DNA of 64,000 nucleotides from the NCBI RefSeq assembly GCF_009914755.1, contig NC_060927.1. One strand, 5' to 3'. Positions 1-12,065 of the stretch are shown piece by piece. A program made the translations under genes and the position numbers. The notes beneath the pieces were generated by a model. The model worked only from the letters and a program-made list of their open reading frames with translations, did no database searches and was not told the DNA's origin. Source of the DNA: the human T2T-CHM13v2.0 reference genome, Homo sapiens. Numbering within the stretch: position 1 is the stretch's first letter; each line of letters starts with the position of its first letter.

Positions 1-650
1 AAGACCTCATACTATAAATATCCTAGAAGAAACCCTAGGAAATACCCCTCTTAATGTTGGCCTTGGTAAAGCACTTTTGGTTAAGTCCACAAAATCAATT
101 GCAACGAAAACAAAAATTGACAAGTGGGACCTAATTAAAGAACTTTTGCACAGCAAAAGAAACTATCAATAGAGAATAAAAACAACCTACATAAAGGGAG
201 AAAATATTTGCAAACTGTGTATCCAACAAAGGTCTAATATCTACAATCTATAAGGAACTTAAATCAATGAGAATAAATAAATAAATACCCCCATTAAGAA
301 ATGAGCAAATATGACAGACACTTCTTAAAAGAAGACATACAAGTGGTCAAAAAACATATGAAAAAATGGTCATTATCGCTACTCATCAGAGAAAATGCAA
401 ATCAAAACCACAATGAGATACCATCTCACACCAGTCAAAAAAAAAAAAAAAAAAAAAAAAAGACAGATGTTGGAGAGGCTGCAGAAAAAGGGAACACATA
501 TATACTGTTGGTGGGAACATAAATTACTTTAGCCACTGTGGAAAGCAGTCTGTAAATTTTTCAAAGAACTTGAAACAGAGCTACCATTTGACCCAGCGAT
601 ACTATTACTAGCAATCCTATTACTATATCCAAAGAAAATTAGGTCATTAT
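1..650 (+). mobile_element. L1 ORF2 3' fragment (L1PB/old L1PA-like), paralog of the inverted L1 segment at 48131-49030
   Basis: L1 ORF2-like translation ([19 protein letters not shown]-like DNA); ends at aaagaaaattaggtcattatac, the same endpoint as about 49030. Confidence 0.85.
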
Positions 651-1175
651 ACCATCATTTTTTTTTCTTGCTATACTTCTCTTTTCTCAGTATACTCTCT
701 AATAGATAAATAATTCATAACTATGCCCTCATCTACTCTAATGACACCCAAATTATTTTTTTATTTCTATTGCTCTAGTAATATTATATTACTAATACTA
801 ACCAGCTCATCTCGATGTTCAAGGCATGTTCACGCTACACACATGTCAATGCATCTGAATTCTTAGTCTCTATTTTGGATAACTACTCACAAAGTGACTC
901 CTTTTTCCTTCAGTGAATACTACTTTCCCATCAAATATGGGGCTAAATATTTGCATCCTAGTGATGCTACATTCTGAATGCCTTACAATATCCTAGTGAT
1001 GCTACATTCCGAATGCCTTAAATCTTTCTTCATCCTCCTCATTATTTCCAGCATTATGTTACACAAGTAGACGGGAATATAATTTAATTTTGTGTAATGT
1101 CAGTAACTATGTATGCATATTATACTGCTTAGTGCACCCTTCTGAAGAGTTTTCAGTGACTTCTGTGTTGTTTAT

Positions 1176-1581
1176 TGATATGGTTTGGCTCTGTGTTTCT
1201 GTGTTCTCCCCCAAATCTGATATCAAATTGTAATCTTCATGTGTCAGGGAAGGGACCTGATGGGAGGTGATTGCATGGGAGCGGATTTCCCCCTTAGTGT
1301 TCTTGTGATAGTGAGTGAGGTCTCACGAGACCTAGCGGTTTCAAAGTGTGTGGCACTTCTCTCTTTGCTCACTCTCTCTCTGCTCACTCTCCCTCCTTCT
1401 CTGCCATGGTAAGACGTGCTTGCTTCCCGTTCACTTTCTGCCATGATTGTAAGTTTCCTGGGGCCTCCTAGCCATGCTTCCTGTGCAGCCTATGGAACTG
1501 TGAGTCAATTAAATCTCTTTTCTTCATAAAGTACCCAGTCTCAGGTAGCTTTTTATAGCAGTGTAAGAATGAACTAATACA
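1176..1581 (+). mobile_element. MaLR LTR (MSTA/THE1D-like)
   Basis: Starts tgatatggtttggctctgtg, ends gaactaataca; internal aactgtgagtcaattaaa motif typical of MST/THE1. Confidence 0.85.
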
Positions 1582-2745
1582 GAAAATTAGTACCAAAAGA
1601 GTGGGGCACTGCTATAGAGATACCTGAAAATGAGGAAGCAACTTTGGAGCTGGGTAACAGGCAGAGGTTGGAACACTTTGGAGGACTCAGAAGAAGACAG
1701 TAAGATGAAGGAAAGTTTGGTACTTCCTAGAGACTTGTTGAATGGTTTTGACCAAAATGCTGATAGTGATTTGGACAATGAAATCCAGGCTGAGATAGTC
1801 AGATGGAGATGAGAAACTTATTAGGAACTGGAGTAAAGGTCTCTCGTGCTATGCTTTAGCAAAGTGAGTGGTGGCATTTTTCCCTTGTCCTAGAGATCTG
1901 TGGAACTTTGAACTTGAGAGAGATGATTTAGGGTATCTGGGAGAAGAAATTTCTAAGCAACAAAGCATTAAAGATGTTTTGTTACCTGACTGTTTCTAAA
2001 AGTGTATGATTATATGTGTGAACAAAGAGATTTTCTGAAACTGGAACTTATCTTTAAAAGGGAAGCAGAGCATAAAAGTTTGGAAAATGTGTAGCCTGGC
2101 CATGTGGCAGAAAAGAAAAACCCATTTTCTGGGGAGAAATTTAAACCTGCTGCAGAAATTTGCATGAGTAACAAGGATCCAAATATTAATAGCCAAGACA
2201 GTACAGAAAATGTCAGCAGGGCATTTCTGTGATCTTCATGGCAGCTCCTCCCATCACAGGCCAAGAAGCCTAGGAGGGAAAAATGGTTTCATGGGCTGGG
2301 CCCAGGGCCCCGCTGTTCTTTGCAGCCTTGGGACATGGCACCCTGCATCCTATCTACTCCAGCTCCAGTTGTAGCTAAAATGGGTCAAGGTATAGCTTGA
2401 GTCGTTGCTTCAGAGGGTACAAGCCCCAAGCCTTGATGGCTTCCCTGTGGCCTGTGGGTGTGCAGAAGGAAAGAATTTGGGAACCTCTGCCTAGATTTCA
2501 GAGGATGCATGGAAACACCTGGATGTTCAGGAAGAAGTCTGCTGTAGGGGCAGAGCCCTCATGGAGAACCTCTACTAGGGCTGTGCGAAGGGGAAATGTG
2601 AGGTTGGAGCCCTCACACAGAGTCCCCACTGGGGCACTGCCTAGTGGAACTGTGAGAAGAGGGCCACTGTCCTCCAGATGCCAGAATGGTAGATCCACTG
2701 ACAGCTTGCACTGTGTGCCTGGAAAAACCACAGGCACTAAATGCC
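1582..2745 (+). mobile_element. MaLR internal sequence (MST-int), truncated, no 3' LTR
   Basis: Follows the LTR directly; characteristic gaagcaactttggagctgggtaacaggcagaggttgg and ccccactggggcactgcctagtgg. Confidence 0.85.
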
Positions 2746-3400
2746 AGGCCATTTTGATTTGCATTTCTGTGATGATTGGGGATGTTGACCACCTTTTCAT
2801 ATGCCTGCTTACCATTTGTATGTCTTCTTTTGAGAAATGTCTATTCAAATCTTTTACCCTTAATTTGATCAGATTATTAGATTATTTCCTATAAAGTGGT
2901 TTGAGTTCCTTATATATTCTGGTTATTAATCCATTCTCAGGTGAGTAGTTTACAACTATTTTCTCCCATTCTGTGGGTTGTCTCTTCATTTTGTTGATTG
3001 TATCCTTTTTTGTGCAGAAGCTTTTTAACTTGATGTAATCCCATTTGTCCATGTCTTCTTTGATTGTCTATTCTTGTAGGGTATTGCTCAAGAAATCTTT
3101 GCCCAGAAGTCCTGGAGACTTCCCTCAGTGTTTTCCTATAGAAGTTTCATAGTTTGAGGTATTAGATTGAAGCTTTTTATTCATTTTGATTTTATTTTTG
3201 GATATGGTGAGAGATAGGGGTCTAGTTTTATTCTTTTGCATATGGATATCTAGTTTTCTCAGCACCATTTATTGATTAGACTGTCTTTCCCCAATGTATG
3301 TTCTTGGAAGCTTTGTTAAAAATGACTTCACTGTAGATGCGTGGATTTGCTTCTGGTTCTTTATTCTGTTCCATTGGTCTGTGTGTCTCTTTTTATGTCA
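2746..3400 (-). mobile_element. L1MA-type ORF2 fragment
   Basis: Minus-strand translation [12 protein letters not shown]...IITEMQIK; similar to 21490-22146. Confidence 0.85.
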
Positions 3401-3529
3401 GAAAAATTCTTGGGCACCTCCCACTGCAGTCCTTGTCTTTATTTTTCATTGGCTCATCCATTCACCTCTGTCTAACAAGATTTCTCATCAGATTTTAGCA
3501 TAAAATGGGAGAACTAGGTGTATGTCTAA

Positions 3530-4160
3530 AATTTGAGCTGCAGTTTTCATGGGAAAGACAACTGTATTTGGGTTTGTCTCCTAAAGGGAATCAGAAAATG
3601 TGGCCTTATTAAAACTATGTTTTAATTACCTTAGACAAGCTTATACTAATCAAAGCACTAAGAGTAAATTTCACATTTAACTAAAGTTTACACAAACATG
3701 ACAGAAGTGTCATCTGTGGTGGTAAATGGTATATAAAATATTATTTCATTTGTTAAAACTAGAAGTGTTTACATGAAATAGTGTTTATGATTCCAGAAGT
3801 TAAATGCCATTGGGGACAATCTGGACTTCTCATATATGTCCAAATCCGCAATACATACAAGAACAGCTTCAGTTTGTTCCCCAGAGAATCCCTTGGTACT
3901 CTTATGAGAATTTCAGTTTTCCATTCAATCGTCTTCTGGCAAATGTACAGAGTTGTACAATTGAATGACTCTTCTGTTTAATCCAAATTTATATAAACAG
4001 CAGTTTCCTGAGTTTGGGGAAAGAAGCCTCCAAAAAGAATGAATAGGCAACGAATTGCTACCTGTGTTATCGGCATTCCCATGCAATTGTATTTTTTCTG
4101 TTTTAGAAAGCCTAATGGTTTTAGAGGCTCTCTTAAATTTCTTTCAAAATATGGGTAAGA
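3530..4160 (+). promoter_or_regulatory. Putative promoter and non-coding first exon of the OR5H7P unit
   Basis: Non-repeat block homologous to 29620-30255 and 44755-45390; O/E-like CCATTGGGGA (3807), TCCCCAGAGA (3878), TCCCTTGGTA (3889); TATATAAA (3990); donor GG|GTAAGA with GT at 4155. Confidence 0.55.
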
Positions 4161-5509
4161 AAAAATATCTATAATTTTCATTACACTTTGTAGAAATGTT
4201 GAAAATGCTATTTAACTTACCATAATTTTAGATTGGGTATACAAACTGTCAAAATAGCCAGGTTGAAATTAGATAACTATTACTGGCTTATCTCTATATT
4301 TTAGTTTCATGACTATGATATGGATAGAATAAATAGTTATAAGACAACATTCTTCCTTTAATGATATTTTATTTTGTTGTTAAGCTTATTATGACTTTAT
4401 TTGACAACTTGTGGCAAACTAGGACATTAAACAATTGAAACTGGTTTTGATTATAATGATTCTAAGAATTATTCAGATTATTCTGATAGAAATACTCATT
4501 CTTTCTAATTAATCACATTCTTAGACTACAACTCTTAAGGTCAGTCACTTAAAAATTAACTCTTGTATCCTTATCCCCACTTCTGGATATAATCTGACAA
4601 CTCACACTGTCAAATGAAGGATGCATTCAGTGGATTCATTGTATTGCTGCCATGGCTGAGTTTACAACTAAAATCCACTTTTGATCCTGTCTTTTTTTTC
4701 TTCTTTTATCCATATTATAAATGTAGGATCAGTGTGTTTCATTGCCATCCTAGATAATTATTTCTTCACTCTAGAGGCAAGAAGAATGGGAAAATGAGTT
4801 TCTGTTTTTTTTGGCTTCTATAGCAGTAGGTAACCTCTGAGCCCCCAAGACATGGGTGTCAAAAAAGAGGATTAGATCTTGGCCATCTTGTAAAGAACGT
4901 ATAGTCACTTTGTACATCATTCCTAATGATGCTTTCAAATACTACAATGATTCCAAGTAATTATTTCCATTAAGTTCGAATAGGCCCATATTACTGATTG
5001 AATCTCACCTAGTTGTTGAGATGTGATGCTCACACCAAAAACTTGTCAGCAATTCGAGTTTTCATCCCCAATGTTTAATGTCCATCTACCTGGTCACCAA
5101 CTGACTTCTCTCTCTTTCACTGATGATGTATTCCATACCAAATATGTCACAGTAACTAGAGACTCTACATTCTGAATTCTTTTGAATCTATTCATTTGTC
5201 TTACCATCTCTTCCAATATCATATCACACAGGGACTAGACACTACACATGCATATCAATCACCTTGAGGGTATTTTTGAAATACAAATTCCTAGAGCTCA
5301 TTCTTGAAATAATCAATTCCTACATTAAAACCTCACAATCTGTATTTTTCATGAAAAAACTCTCCCAGATGATTATCATGTGTAATCTAATTTGGGATCC
5401 CCTTGACCTTAGTATCAAGTTTCTAATTAGGATTCCTGAATCAGTTTCTCCTTCCTGCAGCACACTTTTTACACCATCAAGAACTAAATTTTTAAAATAT
5501 GCTATGATG

Positions 5510-5632
5510 GGCTGGGCGCAGTGGCTCACGCCTATAATCCCAGCACTATGGGAGGAGCTGAGATCGTGCCATTGCACTCCAGCCTGGGCAACAAAAGCAA
5601 AGCTCTGTCTCAAAAAAAACAAAGAAAAAAAT
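5510..5632 (+). mobile_element. Internally deleted Alu (5' about 45 nt joined to 3' about 60 nt plus A tail)
   Basis: ggctgggcgcagtggctcacgcctataatcccagcactatgggagg joined to agctgagatcgtgccattgcactccagcctggg; absent at the paralogous site about 31615. Confidence 0.85.
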
Positions 5633-6083
5633 ATATATATATGCCATTTCCCATTTTAAAATATTTGGTGCATGTTTATCATGTGAAGAATAAAGTTTGA
5701 GATTCTTCACATTACATTCATTCCATTTTTACACAGGCCTTTCAAATATCTTTTTTCCTTCACCCTACATCCATGTCCCAGACAGAAGGTTTTTCTATTA
5801 CATTCGGTAGAGTCCACAAAAAATTAGTACATTTAGATAATGCATTTTTTTAAATCTCAACCTGTTAAGTCCTACACAATTTTCAAACCAAAATGTATTA
5901 TTTTTCCATGTATTTAAATGCTCAAATAGAGGGCACATCAATTAGAGTACTGATAAAAAAATTAAGAGGGCTCTGATAATTACATAGTTTATTTCAACAC
6001 TTTATCCCCAGTTTCAACTCACAACTCCATTCCAAGTGTTCCTTTACATTTATTTCATTTTTTAGAGGACATGCAGTGAGGAC

Positions 6084-7013
6084 ATGGAGGAGGAAAATAC
6101 AACATTGCTGACAGAGTTTGTTCTCACAGGATTTTTATATCAACCACAGTGGAAAATACCCCTGTTCCTGGCATTCTTGGTAATATAGCTCATCACCATC
6201 ATGGGGAATCTTGGTCTAATTGTTCTCATCTGGAAAGACCCTCACCTTCATATCCCAATGTATTTATTCCGTGGGAGTTTGGCCTTTGTGGATGCTTGGT
6301 TATCATCCACAGTGACTCCAAAGATGCTGATCAACTTCTTAGCTAAGAGTAAGATGATATCTCTCTCTGAATGCATGGTACAATTTTTTTCCTTTGTAAT
6401 CAGTGTAACCACAGAATGTTTTATCTCGGCATCAATGGCATATGATCGCTATGTAGCCATTTGCAAAGCTTTACTTTATCCAGTCATTATGACCAACGGA
6501 CTATGCATCCAGCTATTAGTCTTGTCATTTATAGGTGGCCTTCTTCATGCTTTAATCCATGAAATTTTTTTATTCAGATTAACCTTCTGTAATTCCAACA
6601 TAATACAACACTTTTACTGTGACATTATCCCATTGTTAAAGATTTCCTGTACTGATTCTTTTATTAACTTTCTAATGGTTTTTATTTTCGCAGATTCAAT
6701 TCAAGTTTTTACCATTGGAACTATTCTTATATCTTATACACTTGTCCTCCTTATAATCTTAAAAAATAAGTCTGTCAAAGGGATACAAAAAGCTGTCTCC
6801 ACCTGTGGAGCTCATCTCTTATCTGTATCTTTATACTATGGGCCCCTTGTCTTCATGTATGTGGGCTCTGCATCCCCGCAAGCAGATGACCAAGATATGA
6901 TGGAGTCTCTATTTTACACTGTCATCGTTCCTTTATTAAATTCCATGATCTACAGCCTGAGAAACAAGCAAGTAATAGCTTCATTCACAAAAATGTTCAA
7001 AAGAAATGTTTAG
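6084..7013 (+). pseudogene. OR5H7P: Olfactory receptor OR5H pseudogene, nonsense at codon 35
   Basis: 930-nt frame from ATG 6084 ([16 protein letters not shown]); TAG at 6186-6188 where OR5H6 has TAT; motifs [22 protein letters not shown]; symbol inferred from position about 26 kb upstream of OR5H6. Confidence 0.85.
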
Positions 7014-8459
7014 ATCTCATACAATCTCTGTTCTCTGTTTACTAAAATTTTCCCAAGATTGTTCAAGTTAAAGGTATCTGTGTTTTGCTAGCATTCAAAG
7101 ATTTTGCAAAGTCCTAGCACTTTAAGGACCTAAGGTGTTAATATCTAGTAAACTAATAAATACACTCCTAATGTTATTCAACGGCATTTAAAAATTTTTA
7201 GTCATGTTCATATCATAATCAAATAATGTCAGCAGAAAGCAAATAAAAATATTTTACAGTGTTTATGTTATTCAATGTGGCTTTATAAATGCATTAAATG
7301 CTAAGATAGTCTATGTCATCTGATAAGGACTTGAGTATGATGATTTTGATACTAATACAACTATATTACCTGAGACACTCAACACATTTAACTCTGTTGT
7401 GAAAGTAGATTTGTGTTTTGGTGAACAGAGGTAAATCCCAAGAATTCTGCTAGCCATCAAGGGATCTTTTATTCCACTTCATTGGGAAAGAGTGAATTCT
7501 ACTTCTTGTAGAAAATCAACTCACATATCAGGTAAAGAAATAAACAAAAATGGAAATGCAATGAGGAGAAAAACTGAGAAGGGAGTTAACAGTGAAGATC
7601 TTGCCAAAGCCTAAAAGGGTACTCTTTACGTAGTGTGCTTGCAAAAGTAAGAAGAGGTAAGTTGCCTCTAACTTTCTACAATGGTTTCTAATGCCTTTTT
7701 CAGCTGTGGCTGTATGTATTTAGATAATCTGAAAAGCTCCCTTAATTCAGAAAATTAAAAGATGAACTAGAAGAACTAAGCTGAAGTAGGCATTGAGAAG
7801 AAAAGATAAGTGGCATAATAAGAACAAAATGGCCTTAATCTTCCCAGAAAAAAAAATGAAGCTATGAGATTTTTAATATTCAGTGATGTTGCAAGATTAT
7901 TGGAATGATTTTTTGACAACCAGAGACTTTAAATTCTTATTACCAAAGTTCAAATAATGATCAGATGATCTGACATCATAGTGCCTAGTGAGTGAAGGGA
8001 AAAAACATGAAAATGAGGAAGTTTGTATATTTCTGCCTCAAAAAGTCCTTGCTTGTTAGCCTTCTTCAAACCTCATACTCTTGAAGTGCATGAGTCATCC
8101 ATCTAGCAGTCCACTCTGCCCTTCATCTTTCATCACTGAAATTTTGTTTACATTCTCACTGATACCATGAGGCCTTTACCTAAAAACTACTCATGTATTG
8201 TTTTGCAAATCTCTGGTTACTTATTTTCTCCATTCTTCTAGTACTCATTCATTCCCTTAACATTGCCATCAGATCGGTTTTTTGCTAACATAACTCTAAT
8301 ATTTATGTAGCTCTTCAGTTTCTTTTGTTGGACTGTCATTGCTACCAAATTATATGCATATATGGTTTAGGTATCTATATCTGTGTGTGTGTAAATATAC
8401 ATTTTTTTATGTGTATGTATAGTCATCTAATATATGTATATATACACATGTATAAAGTA

Positions 8460-11390
8460 GTGGCATTAAAATTCAGAGTTTATTTGAGGAAACTGATTTA
8501 TTTGGTACCACCAGACTGCAGGTGCTTTGGTGCTTTCCTGAAGAGGAAAGAAAAGAAGCTGTTATAGGGTAAATGAGAAAGTAAGGCAAAAAGAAATATT
8601 TTATTGGCTAAAGTGAAGCAGTGGCATGATTTGGATCATGTGGAAGTTTAATAGTTAGAGGTGAGTTGGTGGTTGTTTTAAGTTAATTTTTGTTTTACCA
8701 TTTACACTGAGTTGGATTTCTGTTTGCTTAGGCAGGAACCCACTTTGCTGCACCCACCTCAGCCCAATATCCTTTTATTTAACTATTTTAGCTATTTTTT
8801 CCCTTTTGGTTAGGCTCCCAGTTATGGGATATTGACTAAAACTTAGGCACATGGGCCACTTTCTGTGACGAGCACAGCTGGTTTAGCTTTGTGTCAACAT
8901 GGAACTCATGTCATAATGTCCGGTCTCTTGCAGAAGTGTTTCTTTTACTATTTTTTCTTTGTTGTTGTCATTCTAATCACAGTGAGGAAACCTGGCATAC
9001 TGTGATGGCTATGAACTCACATTTAAGACTCTTGAGAGACTACAGCACTCCAGGAAGATTACAATGATAATAGTCACAGTGATAGTCCCAAGAGAATGGG
9101 GATATACTCCATAGCCAAAGTGTGCACGAACCAACTGAAATAAACCCAATAAAAACAAAAGATCAATGGTTATAACAATCTATAAACTTAGTATCTGAGC
9201 CCTGAGGGCAGTTATTTGAGAAGACTTTTAAATTTAAGCTCAAAGCGTCTTTAGATGATGAAATAAAGTGGCAGTTGCAATATGATGATTTTTCTAGTTT
9301 GCAGTCTGAATGTCTCTGTTTACGTCATTGGTCAACTACCTGAGCAGACAAGTCAGCTACATTCATAAAGATTGTCCTCTATAGTTTACATCCAGTTGCC
9401 CAGCCCTAGCTTGTAGGGCTTCAGGAATAGGGCAATTTATAGGTAGATAATAAAACCTCAAAGACAATGGAGAGAACAAGAATTTAACAGTGGGCGCACT
9501 ATACTTTTCTACTGAAACATTATTTTTTCCTCTACAGTTCCCTTCATTTCTACCAAACATAATTATAGAAAGACTAATTTCTTTACAAAATAAGTCTACT
9601 CTCATTAAACTTCAACTGAGTATTTACATAAGTGCAGTAAAAATAGTGACTGATCATATCTTTTTAATTTGGCCAAGTTAGGACCTTTAATAAATAATCT
9701 CATATTAGACTTTAATATTCTCTCCAGGCTATGATGTCATGCAAAGACATAGCATCTGTTTTGACCTGCAACTTCCATAGATTTAGGTAAATTCCCTTAT
9801 ACTCAAAAGAAGTCCTAAAAAGTTTTTTCAGTTTCCTGGGCCTTCTAGAAAGTGACCTTCCTCTCAGTCAGTAAGGTTGGAAAGGTGTGAGCAGATATCA
9901 GGCCAGTTTCTCTTGAGAAATTTTCTGTAGTTTGATTTGAGGGACCCATTCAAATCTCATGTTGAAATCTGAATCAAATGTTGGAGGTGAAACAGAATAG
10001 AGGTGTGTGGGTCAAGAGCTAGAATTCCTAATGAATGGTAATGCCATTCTCATGATAATTGATGAGTTCTCACATTCTTTGTTCCCTTGATTGCTTTAAT
10101 TGGACAATACTTCTCAATTTCACATATTATATAAGCCTCATTAGCTTAACATCTCTCTTTTTGTAACAGATAATGAAAATTCTCTTTCGACATTCTAGAG
10201 GCTCATCTGGGAAATCTCAAAGTTAATTGAGGTCAAAAAAGATTTAATTTACAGTTTTATTTTGGGAAGTTTGTTAAAACTATCAAATGATTTAAATAAT
10301 TGGTTAAGTATAGGCACTGGTTACTGAAAGAATACTAAAATGACAAAAGATTTCAAAGTAAATAGAAAAAGTGATGTTATTGAAAAAAAGTTAAATCTTT
10401 TAATATTGAGAAAACTCAGTTTTCTTAAGGAATCAAATACCAGCTAAAGACAATATGGATCACAAAACATCATCTTGACAAAACATACATTCTTTTCATT
10501 TCACAGTCCATGTACTTAAAGGGTCATGAGAAAACTTAACCAGTGTCTAATAAGAGCAGACCAACACATTGTTAAAACCTTGCCATTTTAATTAAGAAGA
10601 CCAAATTATAGTTTTTATTAGTTTAATTTTAATATTAAGACTCATTTTAAACACTCATAATAACTTGAATTCCGGTAACTTAACTGCAAAAGATTCTCTT
10701 TCTCTTCCAACTCTCTGTACCCATTTGGTTTTTGTCCTTCATCATCTATCCTGAAACAACTTTTAGGTACCATCCAAACTAGACAAAATTACTCCACTTT
10801 TCTTTTTTTTTTAAATATATGTCCTCATACCTGGTGGTTTTCTTATCAATAACATTTTTCACTTTACTTGGATACTTTGCATACAGAGTTATTTTTCTTA
10901 TGCTGTTTAGAAGTTTTAATTACCACACGTTAACTAGAACTCTCAATTCTCAGCAGCTTTATTTTCTTGGATATAAGTGATTGCCTAGTACATATCACAT
11001 CCAAAATCTGTAGATGGGGAAACCTATGAATACACCATTTTATAATTTGTAGAAGCATATGTTTCTTCACAGCACAATTTCTCACTGTAGCAATGAAATA
11101 TGTTTGCTAGTGACCTCAAATATTTTTATTTCCTATGTAATAGGAAGCCCAAAGCAGATAAGCCTATTTTCAGAAATTAATGTTTTAACATTTTGTCTTA
11201 TTTGGAAATCAGCCAGGTATTCAATGAATGTTGATCATTTAATTTAGCTTTGTGAACCTCTAAGGGTATAAATTACCATAGAGATTTGGGAGGATATTTT
11301 TATGCAGGCACATTATAAAACATAATTTAAAAACAATTATAAATAGTTTATAAATAAATTATAAAACAAAGTTTAAATCTTTATAAATTT
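8460..11390 (-). mobile_element. Probable old ERV1 (MER4-group-like) LTR plus non-coding internal sequence
   Basis: LTR-like segment about 8460-8785 followed by a reverse polypurine tract tttttttcccttttgg (about 8795); AT-rich internal-like sequence; family not identified. Confidence 0.35.
9925..10100 (+). mobile_element. MaLR LTR fragment (MSTD/MLT1A-like)
   Basis: aaatctcatgttgaaat...atgttggaggtg...taatgaatgg...atgagttctcac. Confidence 0.55.
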
Positions 11391-11605
11391 TGTTGTACTT
11401 ACATCCTTTTACTTAAATTTTTATTTTTTATTTTTATTTTTATATGTTTTATATATTTTATATATTTATACACCTAAAAAATCACTAACATTTCTATACA
11501 CCAAAAACAGTCAAGCCAAGAGCCAAATCAGGAATGCAATCCCATTCACAATTGCCACAAAAAGAATAAAATACCTAAGAACACAGCTAACCAGGGAGGT
11601 GAAAG

Positions 11606-12063
11606 TGTAAGTTCCTCTGAGCTGGCCGCACCATGATCAAGCCATCACGACATTCCCCCACCCTTGTGATAATATACTTTGTGATATTCCCCATCTTTGT
11701 GAATGTACTTTGTAACTAACATTCCTCCCTGCCCTTGTGACAATACACCCTCCCCCATCCTTGTGAATGTACTTTGTAACTTTCCCCCCCGACCCTGGTG
11801 ACGATACATCCTCTCCCCACGTGAATGTACTTTGTATCACCCTCCCCGCCCTTGAGAATGTATTTTGTAACATCCATCCACTGCCAGCAAAAAATTGCTC
11901 CTGACTCCACTGCCTATCACAAACCTATAAGAACCAACGATAATCCCACCACCCTTGGCTGACTCCTTTCTCAGACTCAGCCCACTTGCACCCAAGTGAA
12001 TAAACAGCCTTGTTGCTCACACTAAGCCTGCTCAGGTGGTCCCTTATACAGACACGGGTAACA
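11606..12063 (+). repeat. 5' LTR (LTR7 family, possibly LTR7C-like) with internal tandem repeats
   Basis: Repeated cccttgtgaatgtactttgtaac units; cctataa TATA-like element; aataaa near 11999; ends taaca. Confidence 0.85.
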
Positions 12064-12065
12064 TT

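Larger units (their letters stand above)
3405..7338 (+). repeat. Duplicated OR unit, copy 1 (paralog of about 29500-33320)
   Basis: Continuous high similarity by eye from gggcacctcccactgcagtccttgtc through the OR CDS to aaggacttgagtat. Confidence 0.92.

Noticed and set aside
2397-2894. 165-aa ORF as a novel chimeric protein
   Set aside because: Non-ATG start; reads through MST internal sequence into antisense L1
11650-11880. Spaced direct repeats (ccttgtgaatgtactttgtaac) superficially like a CRISPR array
   Set aside because: They are degenerate U3 tandem repeats inside an LTR, duplicated in the 3' LTR, in eukaryotic DNA with no cas genes
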